In this document: positions 30,921 through 39,896 of the stretch, in pieces
How positions within the stretch are numbered: position 1 is the first letter of the stretch
How the letters are laid out: each line of letters begins with the position of its first letter
Assembly (NCBI GenBank): GCA_963668175.1
Contig: OY764159.1
Location: 2,112,001 to 2,176,000, forward strand
Reading direction: 5' to 3'
DNA length: 64,000 nt
Source: Syntrophales bacterium
Lineage (GTDB): Bacteria; Desulfobacterota; Syntrophia; Syntrophales; PHBD01
Notes under the pieces: model-generated
Database searches by the model: none
Seen by the model: the letters and a program-made list of their open reading frames with translations, nothing else
Told to the model about the DNA's origin: nothing
Position numbers and translations under genes: made by a program

Positions 30921-31496
30921 ATGACTTCTAAATTGAGGCGGCTGCTTGCATGGAAAAATCGAATTTTTAAGGGTTTCACGCTCTGGCCGACCATCGTGAT
31001 GCTGTTGTATTTCCTGCAATGGTGGGTATTATTTTATTGCCAAGATGACGTTATCCAATTTTTTTTATTCATTATATTGGTGTTCTTATTTCCGGCAGTC
31101 TGTTTTATTTGTGCACTGGTGTTGCTCGGAAGAAAAAAACCGAAGTCGTCTTTATCCTTACTTACCCCGGCATTGCTTGTGGTCTTTATGTTTCCTCTGG
31201 GGAGTAATCCTATCAAAGATATTTTCTACGATTCACGCCAATATGTAGAATTCCAAATCCAGAAAAGATTCTATTTCCCGGAGATGAACGACCCCGATAA
31301 GCTGCCCCCATACAAAGAATGGCTTATCAAAGGGCATCCTAATATCTCTAAGTATACAATTGTTTACGATTTAAATGAATCCCTGGATGAGAGAGAAAAA
31401 AGGAAAAAAGCCGAATTGCATGACCCAAAATACTGGGGTTACCGCATAACGAGAGTCGGTCGGCATTTCTATATGCTGCATGAATATTACCATTGA
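30921..31496 (+). CDS. Membrane protein, putative immunity protein for the downstream effector
   Basis: Three TM segments plus soluble C-terminal part; shares V.FQ...Y, Y.+.YD and G.HFY motifs with 41668-42243. Confidence 0.65.
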   Translation: MTSKLRRLLAWKNRIFKGFTLWPTIVMLLYFLQWWVLFYCQDDVIQFFLFIILVFLFPAVCFICALVLLGRKKPKSSLSLLTPALLVVFMFPLGSNPIKDIFYDSRQYVEFQIQKRFYFPEMNDPDKLPPYKEWLIKGHPNISKYTIVYDLNESLDEREKRKKAELHDPKYWGYRITRVGRHFYMLHEYYH

Positions 31497-31521
31497 AGTT
31501 ATTTAAAAGGAGGGCTGGAAG

Positions 31522-32892
31522 ATGGGACGATACGGGGCGGATCATTTCTTTGTTAAAGAAAACGGTAATAATGTCGCTGCAAAGTATCTCAAAGACACAA
31601 ATGGAAACTATATTATGGACGGTTCAACCGGGCGGCCGTATGTCGTCCCAGCCGATTTTAATCTGGACGCAGTGATTGCAAAATATAAACCTCCTTATTG
31701 GCAGTCGCTTGAACCTATCGATATTGCAACGCGCCTGGAAACGTATGTAAAATTGTTATCGAATTTTAGAAGCGGTCGGCCGGACGACTTGCAGACAGCC
31801 TATAATGGAAAGGTTGGAGCCAACTGGGTCGAGGACTTTCGGCCGGCAGCAAACTATGTGTTCGGTGCGGCGTGCTCCGCGGCAGGTTTAACCTTGCATG
31901 AATGCATGGCTGGCGGGGGAGTGTATAACCTTAAAAAAGCCCTTTGGGATAAAAACCCCGATATTGATCCCTCCGGGATATTTGGAAATAATCCGGCCAA
32001 TGTTCGACATATCAAACAGGGCTATCTGAGCCAGTTTGATCGAAATGCGCCACAACCGACTCCGTTTGATGTTAAGTTCACCGATTCCGGCAAAACAGCC
32101 ATCGTGACGGAAAACGGCAAGACATCCGTGTATAAGGCAGTTACGGGAAAGTCAAATACGACCTGGAAATATGTTCCGGTGGAGGGGGGCGGCATCGATG
32201 CGGCGGTAGATGCCGGGATCTATACGGTCCAACGCGGCAATGTCCTTGGCGATATCGCAGCCAAATTTCATACCACCGTTCAACAAATCATGGAGGCGAA
32301 TCCCGATATCAAGAATCCGGATTCGATCCGCCCCGGACAGCGAATCGTATTGCCGAAAAACGACCCCTCCGGCCCCGCCGACAACAAGAAGGACCCCGAT
32401 CCCGACCGGCAGGGCGCGACAGACCGGGGAGGCGACAACGACCGGCAATCCCGGAACATCTCCCATGATGACGGATTTACAGTGATCGCCTCAAGCGGCG
32501 GCCCGGATGTTAACGAAAACACAAGTGCTGCCGCTCCTGCCGCTGACGCGCCGGCCGGCTTTTCCGCCGATCCGTTGCGTCATGCGCTGGACGCGCTGGG
32601 GGTGAAGCCCCGCGATGTGCAATTCACCCCGGCGGCGGACTACGGGAATATAAAACCGGACTCCTTCGATATGGTGGATAAGGGCACATCCGAAAAGATA
32701 GGCTCTTGTTTGATGACTCCCGACGGCGGCGAGATGACCGCGGGCGACAGGAAGGTCGTGATGGACCGGATAAGCGGCAACGACATTCACCTGCAAACGT
32801 ACGCCAAAAACGACGACGGAGAATATGAACTCGTTGGGACGACGCGAATCGGCGACAACGACGGGGTAACGGTGACAAGGCCGTTTGCATAA
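31522..32892 (+). CDS. Putative effector 1: Ntox44-like N-terminus, LysM domain, shared C-terminal domain
   Basis: AANYVFGAA..AAG...GGG.YN...FGNNP.....I..GY; LysM YTVQRGNVLGDIAAKFHTTVQQIMEANPDIKNPDSIRPGQRIVLP. Confidence 0.75.
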   Translation: MGRYGADHFFVKENGNNVAAKYLKDTNGNYIMDGSTGRPYVVPADFNLDAVIAKYKPPYWQSLEPIDIATRLETYVKLLSNFRSGRPDDLQTAYNGKVGANWVEDFRPAANYVFGAACSAAGLTLHECMAGGGVYNLKKALWDKNPDIDPSGIFGNNPANVRHIKQGYLSQFDRNAPQPTPFDVKFTDSGKTAIVTENGKTSVYKAVTGKSNTTWKYVPVEGGGIDAAVDAGIYTVQRGNVLGDIAAKFHTTVQQIMEANPDIKNPDSIRPGQRIVLPKNDPSGPADNKKDPDPDRQGATDRGGDNDRQSRNISHDDGFTVIASSGGPDVNENTSAAAPAADAPAGFSADPLRHALDALGVKPRDVQFTPAADYGNIKPDSFDMVDKGTSEKIGSCLMTPDGGEMTAGDRKVVMDRISGNDIHLQTYAKNDDGEYELVGTTRIGDNDGVTVTRPFA

Positions 32893-32952
32893 TATCGGCG
32901 GGCCGACCAGCGCCGCGACGCGGCTGGGGGCGAAGCGGTCGCAACGGAAAGC

Positions 32953-33099
32953 AATGCCTGGGAAAGCGTCCCTGACAAGGGGACGGGTCCCCCGAATGGG
33001 GGAAGGTCCCCCGCATGGGGGAAAGTCCCCCGCATGGGGGAAAGTCCCCCGCATGGGGGACGGTATCCTCAGAATTTCGTCAAAATTCCGACAACGGAG
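32953..33099 (+). repeat. Hairpin block, copy 2 (4x TCCCCCG(C/A)ATGGGGGA, 19-bp period)
   Basis: Units at 32988, 33007, 33026 and 33045. Confidence 0.92.
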
Positions 33100-33239
33100 G
33101 TTAAAAGGTCAATATGGCGTCACATGATAACGATCCGGGAAGAAAGTACGGACGATCGAGGGAAGAAAGGGGCTGTGGATGCCGGGATGGCGGCGGCTCT
33201 CGTTCCGGCGGATGGCCTCGGTCGCAATTCGGGAAGACG

Positions 33240-33815
33240 ATGCTGCGGGGCATGATCCTGGTCATCCTCCTCCTTTTCACACCGCAGGTCCTCATCGCCG
33301 GCGACATTGAGGATGGGTATGACGAAAACACGATCCGCCCGTCGGACATACCGGCCGACGCCCCCCGGTTTGAAGATTATCCGGCAAAGCTTTACACCGG
33401 GCGCAATGCGGCCCCGGACCTCAAAAGCCACCCGCAGTCGAGGCTGTATCGGACGCGGCTTAAAGAATGGTCGCGCGAGAAACCGAATTTCGCGGGGCAC
33501 TTCATCCTGGCCGCTTGGGGCTGTGGAACCGATTGCACACAGATAGCCATCATCGACGCGAAAACGGGGCGTATTTTTCATCCGCCCGGTGCAACTTACA
33601 ATGTCGCCGTTAACGTGCACGATGATCTGCTGCCAACTTGTGAGCATATTAGAGACAGCTGCGGATCCATTTTGCATCGTCCGGACAGCAGGCTTTTGGT
33701 TATGATCGGTCGGCCTGAAGATAGCGAAAGAGGAATCTGGTATTTTTTATGGGAAAAGAATCGCCTGGTTAAACTGCGTTTCATACCGAAACCCTACAAC
33801 TGGCATGATGATTAG
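33240..33815 (+). CDS. Secreted putative immunity protein, paralog 1
   Basis: Signal peptide MLRGMILVILLLFTPQVLIA; PNFAGHF..AAWGCGTDC; largely identical to the next gene. Confidence 0.75.
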   Translation: MLRGMILVILLLFTPQVLIAGDIEDGYDENTIRPSDIPADAPRFEDYPAKLYTGRNAAPDLKSHPQSRLYRTRLKEWSREKPNFAGHFILAAWGCGTDCTQIAIIDAKTGRIFHPPGATYNVAVNVHDDLLPTCEHIRDSCGSILHRPDSRLLVMIGRPEDSERGIWYFLWEKNRLVKLRFIPKPYNWHDD

Positions 33816-33978
33816 GGCAAATTCACCAAGCACACGCTGATCATGGAGGAATGTTATGGTATCGCATTATAAGAATCCGGGAATCAAGTGCGGACGATCA
33901 AGGAAAGAAAGGGGCTGTGAGTGCCCGGGTGGCGGCTCTCGTTCCGGCGGATGGCCTCGGTCGCAATTCGGGAAGACG

Positions 33979-34554
33979 ATGCTGCGGATCACGATCCTGG
34001 TCATGCTCCTCCTTTTCACGCCGCAGGTCCTCATGGCCGACGACATTGCGGATGGGTATGACGAAAACACGATCCGCCCGTCGGACATACCGGCCGACGC
34101 CCCGCGGTTTGAAGATTATCCGGCAAAGCTTTATACCGGGCGCAATGCGGTGCCCGATCTCAAAAGCCACCCGAGGTCGAGGATGTATCGGACGCGGCTC
34201 AAAGAATGGTCGCGCGAGAAACCGAATTTCGCCGGGCGCTTCATCTTGGCCACTTGGGGCTGTGGAACCGATTGCACACAGATAGCCATCATCGACGCGA
34301 AAACGGGGCGCATTTTTCATCCGCCCGGTGCAACTTCCAATAGTGCCGTTAATGTGCACGATGCTCTGTTTCAACCCGGCAAGAGTATCTGGTACGGCTC
34401 CGGCGCTATCTGGTATCGGCTGGACAGCAGGCTTTTGGTTTTGATCGGCGGGCCTGAAGATAGCGAAAGAGGAATCTGGTATTTTTTATGGGAGAAGGAT
34501 CGCCTGGTTAAGTTGCGTTTCATACCGAAACCCTTCCACTGGAAAAATCCTTAA
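33979..34554 (+). CDS. Secreted putative immunity protein, paralog 2
   Basis: Tandem paralog lying directly upstream of effector 2. Confidence 0.75.
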   Translation: MLRITILVMLLLFTPQVLMADDIADGYDENTIRPSDIPADAPRFEDYPAKLYTGRNAVPDLKSHPRSRMYRTRLKEWSREKPNFAGRFILATWGCGTDCTQIAIIDAKTGRIFHPPGATSNSAVNVHDALFQPGKSIWYGSGAIWYRLDSRLLVLIGGPEDSERGIWYFLWEKDRLVKLRFIPKPFHWKNP

Positions 34555-34593
34555 CCCAAATTAACTGGACAATGTTAATCATGGAGGAATGTT

Positions 34594-35700
34594 ATGGCTT
34601 CGCATTACAATGATCCGGGAATCAAATACGGACACTCAAGGGAAAAAGGGGCTGTCGACGCCGATGTCGCGGAGAAAGTCAAACAGAAAATCGTCACCCA
34701 GGCCAGAGCCGCGCAGCGTCAGGGCGTCCCCATCACGCAAGACGATATCGCCAGGTTAGTGGCCTATGCTGATCTGGAATCAGGGTTCAATCCCGACGCG
34801 GCCAATAAGGACGAATCCCCATCCGGTGTGTTTCAAATTGCGGATGAGACCGCTAAAGACTTCTATAGTCGATTAAACGGTAAATCTTTGATCAACGGTT
34901 ACCAAGTTAAGGGCAATTACGAAGACTACAAGCGATTCGATCCCGATTCGAACATCGCCGTAGGTATCGGTGTCTACCTCGACAAGAAAAGGAAGGCGAA
35001 GTCCGACGATGTCAATAAAATATATAAACGTTGGAATCCAGGAGCCACACCGGCGGAGCAAAAGGCGCTACGGAAACTGTATGAAAAATACAAAAGCATG
35101 AAACTTTCCCTCGATGATTCCGGGAGCGACGCCGACAAAGTCGCCGAGGCGGCGGAGCGGGATTCCGGGCGGACAGCCCCGGCCGGGCAACCGGACGATA
35201 CGTATTCAACCGAAGACAGGAAGAGAAAAGACCTCGCTGCGGGAGACGACGCCGAAGCTGAGACGGCGCGAAGAGGCGACGATTCGGGCGAACGAGAGGC
35301 CGACGATTCCACGAACAATCAGGACGGCGCTTTCAAGGCTGCCGCGAACGGTTCCTCCCTCGGCATACCCGAAGCGCCATGGCGGCACGCGCTGGATGTG
35401 CTGGGCGTGAAGTTCGGCGATGTGCAATTAACCCCGGCGGAGGCGGACGAAGAGAACGAGACACCGGACTCTTTCGACATCAGAGATAACGACACAACGG
35501 AAAAAATCGGCTCTTATGCGGGAACACCCACCGGCTGCGAAATGACCGTGGGCGACAGGAAGGTCGTGATGGACCGGATAAGCGGCAACGACATTCATCT
35601 GCAAACATATGCGAAAAACGACGATGGAGATTTTGAACTCGTTGGGACGACAAGAATCGGCGACAACGACGGGGTCACGGTAAGAAGGACGTTTGTATAA
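34594..35700 (+). CDS. Putative effector 2: lytic transglycosylase/lysozyme-like N-terminus plus shared C-terminal domain
   Basis: LESGFNPDAAN...SPSGVFQI...FDPDSNIAVG..YL; no signal peptide. Confidence 0.8.
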   Translation: MASHYNDPGIKYGHSREKGAVDADVAEKVKQKIVTQARAAQRQGVPITQDDIARLVAYADLESGFNPDAANKDESPSGVFQIADETAKDFYSRLNGKSLINGYQVKGNYEDYKRFDPDSNIAVGIGVYLDKKRKAKSDDVNKIYKRWNPGATPAEQKALRKLYEKYKSMKLSLDDSGSDADKVAEAAERDSGRTAPAGQPDDTYSTEDRKRKDLAAGDDAEAETARRGDDSGEREADDSTNNQDGAFKAAANGSSLGIPEAPWRHALDVLGVKFGDVQLTPAEADEENETPDSFDIRDNDTTEKIGSYAGTPTGCEMTVGDRKVVMDRISGNDIHLQTYAKNDDGDFELVGTTRIGDNDGVTVRRTFV

Positions 35701-35797
35701 TATCGGCTGGCCGGTAACCGCCGCGAAGCAGGCAGGCGAAAAAGGGGGACCCGTGAAATCCGAAGGCCCGGACGGGTAGGGCGGGAAGGGAGGGCAG

Positions 35798-36007
35798 TTG
35801 GGCAAAACGCTGATAGGGAAGGATGAGATCAAGGCCTACACCCGCCGCTCGTGGCAGACGATCCAGGCCTGGATCGACACGGAGAACTTCCCGGCGCGGA
35901 AGATCGGGGGCATCTGGGAATCGAACAAGGACCTCGTGGACGAATGGCGCCGCAACAACATCCTCAAACGGCCGCTGGTGGGGAATTATCCAGATATCAT
36001 CAGTTGA
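35798..36007 (+). CDS. Small phage-type HTH (excisionase/AlpA-like) protein
   Basis: IKAYTRRSWQTIQAWI....FPARKIGGIWES. Confidence 0.7.
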   Translation: MGKTLIGKDEIKAYTRRSWQTIQAWIDTENFPARKIGGIWESNKDLVDEWRRNNILKRPLVGNYPDIIS

Positions 36008-36031
36008 TAACGCGTAAGCTGCTTTATTTGT

Positions 36032-38760
36032 CTAGTGTTGCGGGTAATCGGAAGCCTTTGAAAGCTCTTTGACCTTCCATAAGAAGTACAATTCATCTTG
36101 ACTGATCGTCTCTTTCTTGTCGCTCTTCGCCATGGTTTCTTCAATGACTTCCGCACCTATTTTAGTCGCTCCAAATGCAGCAGCGCCTGCCAGCGGCGTT
36201 GTAAAGATTCCAGTTAGAAAACCAACAGATATAGCACCCGTCCATCCTGCAATTTTGCGCACAACTCCCTTAAAAAGGGATTTATCAGCTTTGCTAATTT
36301 TAGCGCTCAGAGATGCTAAGCGTGGTTGAAGAATGTCCGCATAAACTGCTTGAGCATCTCTCTCTGTAAATGAGTCACCCGCTATCTTGTATTCTTCTAT
36401 CGCTTTGGTCAATGCTGCTCTGAACAAAATGAATGCTTCTTGTTCGCTATTTCGAAGTTTTATAAGGCTTTGTGCGTCAACAGATTCAACGAAAGGAAGA
36501 AGGCAGGTAAGATATTTTTGCATAAGCATTGTATGCCGCCTAGCTATCGGATCACCCGTTAAGTTCTTTATGAAATTAATTTCGAGATCACTATCAGTGG
36601 AGTTGCCCCTATTTCACCGGACACTGTTCTAACTTATTTTGATGTCTCCTATACTCCCTGGGCGACATCATTTTCAATCCCTTGTGCGGATGGTTTTCAT
36701 TGTAGTCTACGAACCATCCGGGCAGTTGCTTCATGACCGTTTCGGCATCAGTCAGGATATTCAGATGAACATAATCCCTCTTGAAGGTCTTGACAAAGGA
36801 TTCGGCCATGCCGTTCGATTCCGGGCTGTAGAACGGGGTCGTGCAAACCTCAAGCCCCATCATCTGCCCAAAGCTTTTCGTTTCCCTGGCGGTGTACGCA
36901 GGACCATTATCGCTCAGCCACTGGATTCTGTGAGGCAGCCGATTGATCATACCGAAACGGGCCTCAATGGCTTCCGCCATCAAGTCCCTGACCATGTCGC
37001 CGGATACGCCCCCTGTCGTGGCTACATAACTCATGATTTCCCTGTCGCAACAATCCATGCTGAACGCTACCCGGAGACGGTCCCCATTCCAGCAGGCAAT
37101 CTCAAACGCATCGGAACACCAACGAAGATCGCTCCGTCTCGTCGTGACCTTACCCTCGTGAAGCCTTGCCGGCCTACCCGTATGCCGCTGAAGAAGCAGA
37201 TTGTGCATCTTCATGAGACGATAAATCCGTTTGGGGTTAACTCCCGGATGCCCCTGACGTTCCAGAAACCTGTTGATTCTTGCCGTTACTCTCCGATAGC
37301 CGTAACTGGGACGATTATCAATAACCTGCCTGATCAGAAGAAGATATCTGCCATCGTCGCCTCTCCTGTAATGGCGGCTTCTCGAATCGGCTTCCTTCCC
37401 TTGCCTTTCGTACTGCCGGGAACGGGAAACGTCCAGCGTATCGACAACCGTCTTCATCGGGAATCGTCCTCCGGCAACAACGGCAACCGCGAGATCAGTT
37501 TTTTTTCACGGGCAATCCGGACAGCCTCTCTTAATATCTCCACCTCCATTGTCTTTTTGCCCAGAAGACGCTCCAACTCCCGGATCTGCTTCTTCAGTTC
37601 TCTGGCTTCCGATGCAGGAACGACGCCTTCATCTGCACCAACCGCCGACAGAGCCCCTTCTTCGGCAAGCCTGCGCCAGTGGAACAGTTGGTTCGGATGG
37701 ATGTCATACTTCCGGGCTACAGCCGAGATGCTCATTCCCGGCTGCTCCGCCTCCCGCACCGTCGACTTCTTCTCGGCAGCCGACCAGCGACGTCGCCTCT
37801 GTACACCGACGATCACTTCTACAGGAACCATAAACACCTTCTTTCTGGTTGTAGTAATATCTCTATATCTATTCCTACAACTTATTTCCAGATTCAAAGT
37901 GTCCGGTTCAATTGGGGGCTACTTCAATCAGACAAGAATGATGTCTTCAGCAAATCAGCAACACCTAATTCAAAGGCGATATTGTGAATGAGCGGTGTGA
38001 AGGGTATGTTATGCGCCTTAAGCTTTTTAGCTTGATCTGTGGTTAGCTTAATTATTCCACATTTTTTGACCTGCTCTACAAGCCTTGGAGCTTTACTATA
38101 GATTTCGTCCTGGATAAGATAAGTATGACACCACAAACCATGAGGTAATATTGAATCTGGCCCAGAACTGATTAGTGTCATTTCGTCATTCTTATAAATG
38201 AGTGAGTATGCTACTTCCTTCAAAAACCTTCTACGTAACGCATCTGACAACACGTTATATCTTGGGTTCTTATCCTGCGATAGAGCATCTATACATAGAC
38301 AATGCGGACAAACATTGCCAAAAGAAACCATCTGGACTATGTCAGATTCAATTAAAGGCAGTAATTCACAAAATACAATCAAATCATCCAAGAATTTATA
38401 GCGGAAAAAGGCCTCTAAATTCGCTGGTTTTCTATCAGCATACGCAAGTAAGTCTGTAAAATAATTCTTGATGAAAACCTTATCACTGTATAAAGCGGCA
38501 AACTGTGTCAACTCTCTAATCTTTTCAATTCGGCATGAAGGACTGGAACATGGATATGAACTTCCACCCAAAGATGGCGCTGCGGCGTGAGAGAATATCG
38601 ACGGACTGGCATTTATATTGGTATAATGTGTTATATCGGTGGATTGTTGGCAAACATCAATAATATGGCTTGCCTTCAGTTTGCGAATATACTTTATGAT
38701 TGGTTTGCCATTTCTTATCAACCCGGCATTTTCAAACAAAGCCTTAAGAGGGTGTTCCAT
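36032..38760 (-). pseudogene. Low-GC hypothetical gene (~465 aa) interrupted by an IS
   Basis: Removing the IS and one ATCAG copy joins ...KTSFLSD to SDLEINFIK...MLMQKY in frame. Confidence 0.85.
36598..37926 (-). mobile_element. Second copy of the IS2-group IS3 element, 1329 bp, TSD ATCAG
   Basis: Nearly identical to 4163-5491 in inverted orientation; ATCAG at 36593-36597 and 37927-37931; orfB 36609-37457, orfA 37454-37831. Confidence 0.97.
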
Positions 38761-39046
38761 ATTCTTTTATACCTATAAATTATTATCGTGACAGCCTCGT
38801 ATATGCCCTTTATTTACCAGCTGTTAACGGAACTATGAGGCAGTTTATTGTGTGTGTCAAGAAAAAATGGACGAAATTGCTAGAACTATCATTAGATATT
38901 TCGTCGCTTTAACATATTGAGTCCACGATAATTCCGGTACGCCTACATATTTTCCCCCTTTTCCCTCGGTCAGACACCGGCGGACTTGACGCTGGCGGCT
39001 ATCCGTCAAGCGCAATAAAAGGTCATTCTTCCGCTATACGCCCGAA

Positions 39047-39192
39047 TCGGTAAATAATCATTATATAATACTATATTTATATTGCATTAGGCCGTTTATC
39101 GTTTATAATATCAGTATAATATCCTGACATGGCCGGATGGCGAGGGGGAGTTCGTAACCGTTTGATATTTTTATGCGAGGTGCATCATGAAT
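39047..39192 (+). repeat. Second copy of the ~146-bp promoter/leader block
   Basis: Matches 30554-30699; supplies RBS and ATG of the 39187 gene. Confidence 0.92.
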
Positions 39193-39891
39193 GAAAAGAG
39201 CCGTGAAGTAAAAAGAAGCGCCGCGACGATGAGCCGGAAGGACGATCGACCGGGCATCCGGTGCGCGACGATTCGATCCGCCTGCCTTCTTTTTATGGCC
39301 CTGTTCGTTTTGGCCTGGAGTCCGGGAGCATTCGCAGCGGAACCCGGCAGCCCCGCATTGTCCCAAGATAAGGAAGGTCAAGCCGCCGGGGAGAACGCAG
39401 GCGGGGAATTCAAAAAATATCGTGCCGTATTCAGCGAGCTGGTTTGCGGAGATGTCAAGGCATTGGCGGTAAGAATACGATCAGAGGAAGACAGCTTTCC
39501 TTTGATTGAAGCTGTTGACCAGAGAATATACTTTATCAACAAGACCGGCCGGATCAAGCTTGTCAAGGATTCATGGGATAACAAGTTGAATCGAAACAGG
39601 ATTAATTCTTCGGGATATATTTATCCCGCAGTATCCTGGGATTGTACGAGAGATAAGAGAGGAAAACCTTACATCATTATTTTCTCATGGTCCGGCGGTA
39701 ATTATCGGGGAGCCGAATGGACCGAAATCTATGATCTGGATGGCAGATTGGTGGCGAGCAACTATTCAGAAAAGATAAAGAATTTTCGACGCATCAATGA
39801 TTTGTTTGACAAGAAAATAGAAAAATTAGGAATTCGTTACGATTGGAGATCTGCAAAAAAAATCAGATTTAAAGAACAAGACGGGAGGTAA
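39187..39891 (+). CDS. Secreted putative immunity protein for effector 3 (true start may be further downstream)
   Basis: Hydrophobic signal ...LFMALFVLAWSPGAFA; ends 5 bp before effector 3. Confidence 0.65.
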   Translation: MNEKSREVKRSAATMSRKDDRPGIRCATIRSACLLFMALFVLAWSPGAFAAEPGSPALSQDKEGQAAGENAGGEFKKYRAVFSELVCGDVKALAVRIRSEEDSFPLIEAVDQRIYFINKTGRIKLVKDSWDNKLNRNRINSSGYIYPAVSWDCTRDKRGKPYIIIFSWSGGNYRGAEWTEIYDLDGRLVASNYSEKIKNFRRINDLFDKKIEKLGIRYDWRSAKKIRFKEQDGR

Positions 39892-39896
39892 GCTGG

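Noticed and set aside
32569..32892. Calling the shared C-terminal domain XVIPCD
   Set aside because: Only the architecture is similar; characteristic XVIPCD motifs are not visible
32988..33060. CRISPR array
   Set aside because: Palindromic units are 16 bp separated by only 3 nt; no unique spacers and no cas genes
33114..33978. Long N-terminal extensions on the immunity ORFs (starts 33114 and 33856)
   Set aside because: The extensions are frameshifted effector stubs; signal peptides begin at 33240 and 33979
4163..37926. Composite transposon bounded by the two IS copies
   Set aside because: Each IS has its own matching TSD; no shared outer duplication
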